Both the position numbers and the translations under genes were made by a program. Shown in pieces: positions 11,118 through 21,200 of a DNA stretch of 64,000 nt. Every line of letters begins with the position of its first letter. Position 1 is the stretch's first letter. The notes under the pieces are model-generated. The model searched no databases. It saw only the letters and a list, made by a program, of their open reading frames with translations, and was not told the DNA's origin. Location of the stretch: the NCBI GenBank assembly GCA_009103225.1, contig RHPI01003788.1:23712-87711 (forward strand), given 5' to 3'. Origin of the DNA: Chlorokybus atmophyticus. Its lineage: Eukaryota; Plantae; Mesostigma and Chlorokybus algae.

Positions 11118-13467
11118 ATGTCAGTGTATAGGATGAGCGTAGAGCTTATCTCCAAATGGGTAGCTAAATTGTTGAGAGGGGTTCCAAGTGCACAAGCAAT
11201 AGCGGAGAAGTTCAAGGAGGAAGAGATTGATAGAGAAGCTTACTACAGCCTCTCAGCAGAAATTCTTGCACAGATCGCACCTAAGCTGAGCATTGCTTTG
11301 CGGATCCTTGAAGACGTGCAAAAGTTAAACAGGGATGAGCCGAGGTTGCAAGCTGAAGATGAAGAGGAGCAAGACGAGGCGGGAGCACAACCTGAGGACA
11401 CAGGTGTGCTTGCTTTCAACTAGTCTGCTGCCAAGCTGCTGGTGCAACTTAATTGCTCCTGCAGCTGAAGCTCTGCTTGCTCATTGGTATGCTTTGGTCT
11501 GCAGCTTCAGTTAAGCTGAAGCTACAACTCGATTGAACCTGCGGCTTGGCTGAAGCTGCAGCTTGAGTAAAAGCTGCATATCCGCTTTCTGCCAAGCAGA
11601 GCCTCAGCCAAGCCGCAGCTGCAGTTTAGCTGAAGTGGTAGGTTGGGTGAAGCTCTACTTGCTTTGCTGTATTTTGTACGCTTCGGTCTGCAGCTTTAAT
11701 CAAGCAGCAACGTTAGCCAAGCCGCAACTGCAACATAGCTGAAGCTGCAGCTTGGCTGAAGCTCTGCTTGCTTTGCTCTCTTTTGCAAGTGCCATGCGTT
11801 GACTGTTGGCCTTGTGCGCAGGAGCTGTTGATGAAGTTAACTGCGAAGACGAGTTAGAGGCAGTCAAGAAGGCAAAGCTAAAGGAAAAGTGCTTTGCCCC
11901 TGTCGCTGACAAGCCTAGGGGACTAGAGCAAAATGGGCAAGCTTACTTGAAGAAGAAGGACGAGACACAGTGGAGAATACAGGAGGACAACCGCAAGCTT
12001 CTAATGGAGAAGCTGTGGGCCAAGTTCCCAGACCACTGTGTTGGCAGGAGCTTCAATCGGGCCGGCCCAGATTATGACATGAGGGAGGAGGTGGTGGCGG
12101 ATGTAATGCAGAATCACACTCCGCTGGAGATCAACGGACAAACATTGCGCTGGCCTGCAAGTAAGTAGTCTACGTCTGCCTATGTGCATGTGCGTCTATA
12201 TGCCAGCTGCTACCTGCCAAATGTCTTGTGCTTCCTGCAGAATGGCTGCTCACTGCCTCTTGTTTGCTGAATGGATTCGTGAGCAGATCCGTCGGTTTGT
12301 GGATAATGCAAGACGGGGCCATCCATTAACGCCAGGCGAAACGGTAGGCTTGACCCGTGAGCAGCGCAAGGAGAAGATGCGCGCTGCACGCGCTGAGAAG
12401 TGCGCTGACGCAGAGGAGCCAGCTCCACACCGCTCGCGCACAGACTACGGGCTTGGCCCACATTTCACCGTTGCAGACTTTCCCTCCAGCCAAAATGCTG
12501 TGCTGCTTGCCTTGTTGACTGCTGAGCCGCCTTCTCAAGCGCAGCTGTGTGAGGACTGGGTGGCTGTCAGGTACGCCATGTATCCTCTTGCACAAGGCTT
12601 TGCACCCGCACTCGTAAGGAATTCAAATGCGGCTGGTGCTGCAGACCCGCAGGAGATGTTGCAAGCACCAGCGGCAGCAGCAGCCGCAGGGTTGTGGCTG
12701 TTGGGCGCGGTCAAGTACTGGAAGTACTTGAGCAAGAGACTCCTTGGCGCAGCTACAAAGTGAAGGTGATGGAGTGGTACAACGCCAAGGGTATCGGTGA
12801 TCAACGCGTCTACATGCCAGTGCGTGACACGGACGGGTATGCTGGCCAGCTGACCGGGGACGAGCACTTGTGCAGCAATATCTTGGTGAGCGTAGTAGAG
12901 CATGTGCTGCGGCACAGCAGATTGCAAGCGCAACTGCAAGGAAGACTATATGCGTGACATGCACTAATGCGGCTGCTTGAGTGATGCAGGGACACAGTTG
13001 TGCTTGGCCTGCATCCTTGGTAGCCCCGTCTGCAGTCTGCCCTTGCTCAGACTGCTCTTCAGGCGACTGCATTGCAGAAGTCACCCCAAGATGCGTTCGC
13101 GCGCTCGTGGTTGACAAGCGCGTGCAGCCAGAAGACCAGCATGACATTAATCAGAGGGTAAGAACGTTGGAGTGGGTTGTAACGTGTGCAGCATGCTTGC
13201 ATGATGCACACTTGTAACAATTCTTGCTTGCAGATCAATCGTTGCTCTGACCACCTCATGCACTTGGCTGGCATCTGCTGCAATACCTTTTACGCCAATG
13301 TTCCCAACCGCGAGAGCTTGCTGGAGGTGTACACTTCCTGGAGGGGGACATACTGGACGCAGATTGGGAGGCTGCCGAAAGAGGACCATCTGCTCGCAAA
13401 GTTCAGTGACTCGCAGATCGGTCTCATGCTTGTTACATTTGCAGTCAACAAGCGCTGGCTGGTATAG
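11118..13467 (+). CDS. CACTA cargo gene 3 (multi-exon): N-terminal SAM-like domain, Tudor/SH3-like barrel, Cys-containing C-terminus
   Basis: SVELISKWVAKLL..AEKFKEEEIDREAYYSLSAEIL..LRILEDVQKL resembles a SAM domain. Plausible in-frame GT-AG junctions give DWVAVR|PAG..VAVGRGQVLEVLEQETPWRSYKVKVMEWY..NIL|GHSC..CPCSDC..DINQR|INRCSDH... The gene is retained, damaged, in copy 2 (35.4-38.1 kb). Confidence 0.6.
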
Positions 13468-13932
13468 GATGACTCTGGAGAAGCACGCTATGGCTGGCAC
13501 TGGAATAGTCAAGCCAAGCGACAACCCGGTCCATAATTGGGTACCAAGCTGAAGACCTTCGCTCATTCTTCTTGCAGCAACCAGTATAGCTTCCATGCAG
13601 CTTCCTTGCAGCCGCCAGTCTAGCTTCCTGCTAAAAGTCTGACTTCTTGCTAGCAGTTTAGCTTGCTACCAGCAGTTTAGTTTCCTGGTAGCAGTTAGCT
13701 TCTTGCAAACAATTGGAGCCTATTCTAGTACTAGTTAAGAGTTCATGGTACAATGTAAACTCCATATGAGGTTAAGAATTCTTTGCCAGGAAAACTGCCT
13801 GTAATTTGCCTGCTATATTGTGCTGCTAATTGTGGAATAGAGATGGCTGGGCCGTTATCGGCATGACTGTTGGTCCACCGAGGTCGACACACCAGGAGCT
13901 TTGCCATCAACGGCACGACTGCTGCTGCTGCT

Positions 13933-14206
13933 GTGCCGAAGTCGGCAAAAGTGCTACTGTGCCGAAGACGGCAAAAGCGCTGCTTTGCCGAAGTCGGCAG
14001 AAGTGCTATTGTGCCAAAAACGGCAGGATCGTTGCTGTGCCGAAGACGGTAGGATCGCTGCTGTGCCGAAGTCGGCAGAAGTGCTATTGTGCCGAAAACG
14101 GCATAAGCGCTGCTGTGCCGAAGACGGTGGGGTCGCAGCTGTGCCGAAGACGGCAAAAGCGCAGCTGTGCCGAAGACGTTAGAAGTACTGCTGTGCCGAG
14201 GTCGGC
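13933..14206. repeat. Right subterminal array of the CACTA: ~11 x 26-bp units, each with a GCCG-N4-CGGC inverted pair
   Basis: Units such as GTGCCGAAGTCGGCAGAAGTGCTATT and GTGCCGAAGACGGCAAAAGCGCAGCT. Copy 2 has ~5 units (38486-38603). Subterminal transposase-binding repeats are characteristic of En/Spm elements. Confidence 0.88.
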
Positions 14207-14402
14207 CCAACGCAGTTTGCCCTGTCAGCGGCAGTAACCAGCTTGTGCCGGCTGACAGATGGTGACTTACGATCCTCTGCCGGCACAAAGCGACTTGTGC
14301 CGTCTTGGGAGAAGAACTGCTCGCAGAGCTCGAAGGCAGGTGCCGCTGACGGCACAACTGGCTTGTGCCTAGAATGGATTCTGCTGCAGGCGCCGTGTGT
14401 TG

Positions 14403-15979
14403 ATGGTTTCAAAAAGCGTCACGGCATCAAGGCTTATGCATTGCATGGAGAGGCAGGAGATGTTACACAGCATGCTGTGCTTGTGTACATGGTGTGCTAA
14501 TCTGCACGCGCACGCACGCACGCACGCGCAGGTACGCATGCACGCAAATCAGCTTACTCATACGTGCGCATGTATGTATGTGTGAGCTGTGCTGATCATC
14601 ATAACAAGCAGGTACTTACATGGTGGTTGTGTGCATTCACTTCAAGGACATGCATCTGATCTGCACGCATGCGCGCGCGCGCGCATGCGTGCGCGTGCAT
14701 GTATGTGTGTGATGTGCTGAGTTCCAGTTCAATGGCATGCAGGTGGTTGTATGCATTCAATTATGGTCATGTATCTGATCTGCGTGCACGCGCACGCGCG
14801 CGCATGCATGCGCGTGCGCGTGCGTGTGTGATGTGCTAAGGTCCCGTTCAATGGCATGCAGGTGTTTGCGTGGTGGTTGTGTGCATTCAATTATGGTCAT
14901 GCATCTGATCTGCGTGCATGCGTGCGCACATGTCTGAACTGTGCTGATTTTCAGCAATGGCATGCAGGTGTTTACACGGTGGTTATGTGCGTTCAATGAG
15001 GATATGCGCCGTGCCAATCGACAAGTGCTGGTGCTCATGGACAACGCAGCAACGCACATCTGCGCGCAAGCCAAGTCGGGGACAAAAGGCAGCTTCAAGT
15101 CTCTCATTATGTCTCACCTGACCGTTGTGTTCTTGCCTCCAAACACAACATCAGTCATTCAACCCTTGGATGCGGGCATAATTGCTGCATTCAAGATGAG
15201 GTAAGGTTTGACATCATGTGAGCAAAGCACGTTACTTTGTGAGGATATGTTCGAGTCTTACGCATTGCTACGCAGGTACAAGAAGAAGTTGGTTGCGCAC
15301 ATGCTTGCAGAGTTTGACGCCAACCCCACTTCCGACCTCAGCAAAACCAAAGTGGATGTGCGCGACGCCGTCATGTGGAGCCGTGAAGCTTGGATGGAGC
15401 TCACTCCTTCTACCATACGCAATTGCTGGCGCAAGAGCAAGGTTATTCCTGCCGATTGGTGTGCTGATGCAATCAATGACAACCTCAACGCCCCATCCAT
15501 TCGTCGCGTCCATGACGCCAAGGTATGTATGCTTAGTTGGTGGTTATTGCTAGAACAATGCTTGTGCCAACATTGGTAACTTGCATTGCTACTGCGCGTA
15601 GGAGTTGGATGATTTGCAGCAACTCATGTCGCGGATGAAGCTTCCAGCATCAGATTCAATCAGCGCCGAGGAGTTTGTGGACATGGATGAGACATTGCCC
15701 ACGGAGGCAACAGCAACGGATGCTGAAATACTGGCATCTGTTGGTCTCGGGCCATTGTCCGATGATGAAAAAGATGAGGAAGGTAAGTGATGGTGTGGTG
15801 CCTGCACTATATGCAATTGCATGATAGCGGTTGTACATGTTGCTAAGACTAGCATGCACAGATGACCCTGACAGTTAGCCCCCTCATGCGCGGACATTGA
15901 GAGAAGCGATGCAACATGTGGATGCACTTGACGCTTTTATCATCAAAGCTTCTGAAGACTTCAATCAAATGGAGCAGAT
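14403..15979 (+). pseudogene. pogo-1 transposase, middle part (DDE_1 domain), multi-exon
   Basis: GFKKRHGIKAYALHGEAG (14404), then FTRWL..RQVLVLMDNAATH..VVFLPPNTTSVIQPLDAGIIAAFKMR|YKKKL..DAVMWSREAWMELTPSTIRNCWRKSK. Introns 15201-15275 and 15523-15601 splice in frame. The region carrying the first catalytic Asp is not visible. Confidence 0.88.
14500..14967. repeat. ~110-120-bp tandem repeats with alternating purine-pyrimidine tracts, within pogo-1
   Basis: GCATGCAGGT..GGTGGTTGT.TGCATTCA..TTATGGTCATG.ATCTGATCTGC.(CG/CA)n recurs about four times. The last unit runs into the DDE exon. Confidence 0.75.
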
Positions 15980-16905
15980 TGTAACGCGGCTAGTAGTTAT
16001 ACTCCAAGTAAAGTGCTTGGGAAATTACATGTGTATATATGCAAGTGTGCATACATATAAAAAGTTTACAACAAGTATATGTGCTTGTTGCCAACAATGT
16101 GTTGGTCAAGTAATTATGAATTAATTGATTATTGTTTAGTCATAAAGTACCGTCCCCTTGCGACTACCGCAAATATGCGGTAGGAATTGTCTGATGCACT
16201 GCCAGCACCGCAAATGCTCACGTGAGTCTCGCGTCACGCGGCAAGTCGCGCGCGGCAGCCATGCGGCGTTACTGTTAGCGCGGTAGGCGTCACGCCGAGG
16301 GCGCGACGACGCGCTACAGTACTTGCCGCTAAGCTACAGCCAAGAAGGCTCTAGAATAATTCGAGAACAATTAGTAAATACACTAGTTGTCTCTAGAAGA
16401 TGTGTCTTATGTGGCCATAAGATATGGCACAAGATACATAAGAGAAACCTATGAGGTCCTCTTGCAATCTCATTGGTTGATCACACTTAAGGGTGAGAAA
16501 CCCCTAAATATTTTTGGTGTGGACATGTGGTAGGTGTGCGTGTGAACACTTGCCACAAGTTGGTTGGCCGCCTTAGATTACACTAGGGTCCGAACGTGGC
16601 ACCATTTGGTGGAGACCACAACCCTTGAGGAGTAGATAAGCCACAAGGGTATATAAGTGAGCTAGTATGAGAGGCCAAGGCATTTGTGCTTGAGTTGGTG
16701 GCATTGCCTTGGTGTGCGCGCTCGTGTGGGTCATCCTAGTGGGGTGTTCGGGTGAGAGGCCATTCAAGGGGGTGCCAAGCTTCTTCAACCTCAAGGTGTG
16801 TTGCTTGTCCTCGTGTAACACTTGTGTGTGTGAGTGCGTGCACAAGGTAGAGTGCATAACCTTCTTCGGTGAGAGCTAAGTGCTCAAGCCTAGGGTGGCG
16901 TTACA
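15980..16905 (+). repeat. 5' LTR (926 bp)
   Basis: TGTAACGCGGCTAG...GGTGGCGTTACA; near-identical to 22902-23893 apart from a rearranged segment. Confidence 0.95.
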
Positions 16906-16918
16906 TTGGTATCGGAGC
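16906..16918 (+). promoter_or_regulatory. Primer-binding site for tRNA-iMet
   Basis: TTGGTATCGGAGC lies directly after the LTR. It differs by one base from the canonical plant iMet PBS TGGTATCAGAGC, and the change allows G:U pairing. Confidence 0.85.
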
Positions 16919-17011
16919 TAAGGCTAAGATTGTGGGGAACCTTTGGGTTTGTGGGCCTATCTGGAGTTGCTTAGAGGGCACTTATTGAAGTTTGTGTGTG
17001 CTAAGGGCACT

Positions 17012-18262
17012 ATGGCGGAAGTTAGCTCCAACTCGGGCAATGTTGCTCAAGGCATCCTCGCCGCTCAATTCATGAGCATGAACTTGAGTGGAGGGACGCC
17101 GGAGGGAGCGGCGCATGACCCCATGAAGGCGGCACCGTTGACCAAGCCATCGTTTGAGGAGTTGAACACCTCATGGAAGGCCACGTTTAACAACATCGCC
17201 ATGGGCACGGCGGCGCAAAAGGCCGAGGGGTTTAAGACGCTTGTTTGTTGGCTCGCGAGGGAGCAAGCACGCATGTATCGCTTGGAGCTTTGCGTGGGGG
17301 CTATGAGACATATGGCACCGCATGACTCACTCCTTGTGCGTGTGGGTAGGCTCGAGGACAAGATAGTGGAGCTTGAAGGAGATCTCTCCACATGGCGTGC
17401 CAAAGTTGGGGCGCAAGAGGAGGCTCTCAAGCATCACAACACGAGCCGGTTGGTGAACAAGCCCAAGAACTTCTCCGGCGAGAAGGGGCAAAGCATCGAC
17501 GCATGGTTGCAACAAATGGAGGCGTACTTGTCAAGCACGCCGACCTCGGAGTGGGTCAAGGTGGGGATGGCATTCTTGGAGGCCGACCCGCTCACTATTT
17601 GGTACCATGCTCAAGGGCCACTAACCGAGGAGCTCAAGTATAGTTGGATGCATTTCAAGAAGGCGTTGCAAGACCAATACCTTCCCATCGACCCCGTGCA
17701 AGATGCACGCGACAAGCTTGAAGAACTCAAGATGTCGGGGTCGGCGGAGGAGTATGCACGCCGCTTCAAACTCCTCGTGGCCAAGATCCGTGCGGGAGGA
17801 GGCCAAATGAGCAGCGACGAGATGGTGCACAAGTTCAAGCGTGGGCTTAACGCCAAGCCACAAGGCATGCAAACGGTGTATCAAAACATCAAGACCGGCA
17901 AGCCATGGGAAGGGGCGGAGTTTGACCTCCTCGTCGCGGCTACTTTGAAAGCGGCGAGGGCACTTAACACCGTCAACAAGAGAGGGAGAGAGGAGGGAGA
18001 GAGAGATCCTACTCCTCGCGGCGATGGCTCGAAGAAGGGCAAGTTCGTCAAGGGCAAAGGCAAGGGTAAGGAGCCCTTCAAGCCCAACGGCCACTCCAAG
18101 TCAAAGGGCAAGGAGCCGGCGAAGAAGAAGGACAACTACACCCCCCTGAACCTCTCCATGGACGAGAAGGCCAAGCTCTTCAAGGAGGGCAAGTGTCTCC
18201 TTTGCAAGAAGCCCGGTCACCGTCTCGCGGAGTGCCCCGACAAGCCTAGCACTATCAAATAG
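17012..18262 (+). CDS. gag: Retrotransposon Gag (capsid domain plus CCHC zinc knuckle)
   Basis: Open frame with PKNFSGEKGQSIDAWLQQMEAYL..DARDKLEELKMSGSAEEYARRF and CLLCKKPGHRLAEC. It ends in a TAG that is in frame with the downstream ORF. Confidence 0.93.
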   Translation: MAEVSSNSGNVAQGILAAQFMSMNLSGGTPEGAAHDPMKAAPLTKPSFEELNTSWKATFNNIAMGTAAQKAEGFKTLVCWLAREQARMYRLELCVGAMRHMAPHDSLLVRVGRLEDKIVELEGDLSTWRAKVGAQEEALKHHNTSRLVNKPKNFSGEKGQSIDAWLQQMEAYLSSTPTSEWVKVGMAFLEADPLTIWYHAQGPLTEELKYSWMHFKKALQDQYLPIDPVQDARDKLEELKMSGSAEEYARRFKLLVAKIRAGGGQMSSDEMVHKFKRGLNAKPQGMQTVYQNIKTGKPWEGAEFDLLVAATLKAARALNTVNKRGREEGERDPTPRGDGSKKGKFVKGKGKGKEPFKPNGHSKSKGKEPAKKKDNYTPLNLSMDEKAKLFKEGKCLLCKKPGHRLAECPDKPSTIK

Positions 18263-21200
18263 GAATTCGGGGTGGCTAAGGTAGTAGCGGTAGCTACAAA
18301 TACACCACGTGTTGGCTTTATAAATAAGTTTCCATTTGCTTGTGATGTAGCTTTGGACTTTGAATGCATGGGATTGCATGTGGTGAGTGAGTTGAATGAA
18401 GCGCATGCAAATGTGCTCGTGTATGTGCCTCCTTTCAAGTTGAAAACGGCCATACAAAAGTACTTGGATCACAAGCGTGATAACCCAAGTACGAGAGCAA
18501 TTGTTCTCACGCCGATATACAAGGGCACTTGGTCGGCAATGCTAAAGACCTTCGTAAGATACAAGGTCTTGTCCAAGGAAGAAACGGGCATCAATAAGCC
18601 ATCAATCATGTGGCATGACGACCTTAGTCACCGTGTTCAAGAAGAGCAAGAAGAAGAGTCTCTACTATGGGTACTTGATGGCAACATGCTTGGTAGGAAT
18701 GTGGGTGTACTTGTAGACACCGGCACGGTGTGCAACTTTATAGATATAAGGTTGTTGAACCGTGCAATGGTACGCATGAAAGCTTGTCCTGACAAGTTTG
18801 CCACCATTGATGGTACGCCTATATCGGTGCTCGGCCAAGTTGAGCTTCAAGTCAACATAGGCAACTACTCTAGTAAGGTGTTGCTTCGTGTTGTGGACAT
18901 GAGAATGCAAGGCATTTAAGTGATCCTAGGCTAAAATTGGCAATTGCGTTCACGTGCAATACTAGATGCGGGCAAGAAAGTGTGCACCGTGTTTAGGGGA
19001 GAGCACAAGTATGAGATTTCGGTGTCACAACGAAAGATCCCATCTAGGGGGTGTGCGCACAAGCGCGTGGTTGCTTTGGTAAGCTACCACCCCGACGGGG
19101 AAGAAGGCCTCGTTAGTGAAGCTTGTGGTGCACAACACGCGGGGAGTGCTTCTACAAATGAGGAGCAAGAGCTCCACCCTATTGTTGTCAACAACATGGA
19201 CGTGTTTAAAGATGAACTACCCTCACTCCCACCGGAGCGTGACATTTGGCATACAGTACCCCTCAAGGATGAGAACAAAGTGCCTCCATCAAGGCCTTTG
19301 TATAGGCTAAGCCCGGTTGAGTACGCGGAAATGGAGAAGCAAATCTCAATGCTACTTGAGAAGAAGTTAATTGAGCCTAGCTTCTCGCCGTATGCGGCAC
19401 CAATCTTGTTTGTTCCAAAGCCTCACAAGAGTGGTTTACGCATGTGCATAGACTACCGAGCTTTGAACAACAACACCGTGAAGAACAAGTATCCCATCCC
19501 ACGGATTGATGACTTGTTCGATCAATTGGGCAAGGCAAGGTGTTTAGTGCATTGGACTTGACGGCGGGGTACCATCAAATTAGGATTACCAAAGAGGATA
19601 TTCCTAAGACCGCCTTTAGGACACCTAAGGGACACTTTCAATATAAAGTGTTGCCCTTTGGTTTGACCAATGCACCCGCTACTTTTCAAGCGGTGATGAA
19701 CCACATTCTTGCTCCCTACATCAACAAGTTTGTGCTTGTATATCTAGATGACATTTTGGTGTATAGAGAATGAGGACGAGCATTCTAAGCATCTCCAACT
19801 AGTGTTTGACACACTACGCAAGCACAAGTTCTATGCTTGCTTAGAGAAATGTCGCTTCTTTCAAGAAGAGGTGTTGTTTCTTGGTCACGTTGTTGGTAAT
19901 GGCACCTTCAAGGCCGACCCTACAAAGGTAGGTGTAGTGAAGGAATGGCCTTCACCGAAAAATGTGTCCAACTTGCGGTCATTCTTAGGCCTTGCCAACT
20001 ACTTTAGGCGCTTCATCCTAGGGTACTCGGCCAAAGCAACGCCGCTCACTAAGTTGTTGAGCAAGGACATCAAATGGAGTTGGGGAGAGACACAACAACG
20101 AGCCTTTGATGGCATCAAAAATGCATTAGTGAATGCACCGGTGTTGCAAATGCCGGACTTCTCCCAACCCTTTGAGGTGGTGAGCGATGCTAGCTTGCAC
20201 GGCACCGGTGCGGTGTTGTTGCAAGATGGACATCCCGTTGCTTTCGAGTCACACAAGTTTAGTGACGCCGAGCGCAACTACACCACAACCGAGCAAGAAT
20301 TGCTTGGTGTAATAAACGCCTTGTGGAAATGGCGTTGTTACTTAGAGGGGGTGAAGTTCAAGGTTGTAACCGACCACAATCCCCTCATCTACCTTCCCCA
20401 ACAACCCAACTTGTCTCGAAGACAAGCACGGTGGGCGGAGTTCCTATCGCGCTTTGACTTTGAGTGGGAGTATAGGCTGGGGAGGATCAATGTTGCGGAC
20501 CCTCTAAGTAGAGTGCCCGCCATGCTCTTAAGCTTTGGGGCAAAAGCTTTAACCATTGCGGTTGTGACAAGGTCACAAGTGCAAGAAACGGGTGAAGCTA
20601 GTGCAAGAGAGCCCACTAGCTTGGAAGCTAGAATAGCAAGTGCTTACCTCATGAACCAATGGTTCAAGGACTTAGACAAGAACGAACTAGTCCAACAAGG
20701 CAACTATGGGTACAAGGGTGAGGCGGTAGTGGTGCCGGATGAGCCGGGCCTTCGAGTGGCGTGCATGAGCGAGATGCATGACTCTCCCTACCGAGGGCAC
20801 TTTGGCATTAAGAAAACCATCAAGCTTGCACAAAGAAGCTATTGGTGGCCTTCACTGTCAAGTGACATTGAGGCATATGTGAAGACATGTGACTCATGTC
20901 AACGCAACAAGTCCATCAATGCACGCAAGGGTGGCTTGCTTGTACCTCTACCCGTGCCCGATGACACGTGGGAGAGCGTGAGCATGGACTTGATTACGGA
21001 GCTACCCAAGACAAAGCATGGCAACACGGCCATTGTTGTCTTTGTGGATAGGATGAGCAAGATGGCTCACTTTGCCGCATGTAAGACGGTAATCAATGCG
21101 GTTGAGTTTGCTAGGTTGTTCATAGTAAACGTGCTTAAGCTCCATGGACTCCCCAAGGAGTTGATCTTGGATAGAGACCCGAGATTCACGGGAGCATTTT

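Larger units (their letters stand above)
3460..14399 (+). mobile_element. CACTA/EnSpm (CMC)-type DNA transposon, copy 1 (10,940 bp, three genes)
   Basis: 16-bp TIRs CACATGGCGCCTGCAG (3460-3475) and CTGCAGGCGCCGTGTG (14384-14399, 1 mismatch). 3-bp TSD TTG at 3457-3459 and 14400-14402. In-silico excision restores the host ORF. It has GTGCCG/CGGCAC subterminal repeats and encodes a Transposase_21-like protein. Confidence 0.93.

Noticed and set aside
13933-14206. CRISPR-like array of palindromic 26-bp repeats
   Set aside because: There are no unique spacers and no cas genes, the context is eukaryotic, and it lies next to a CACTA TIR as a subterminal repeat.
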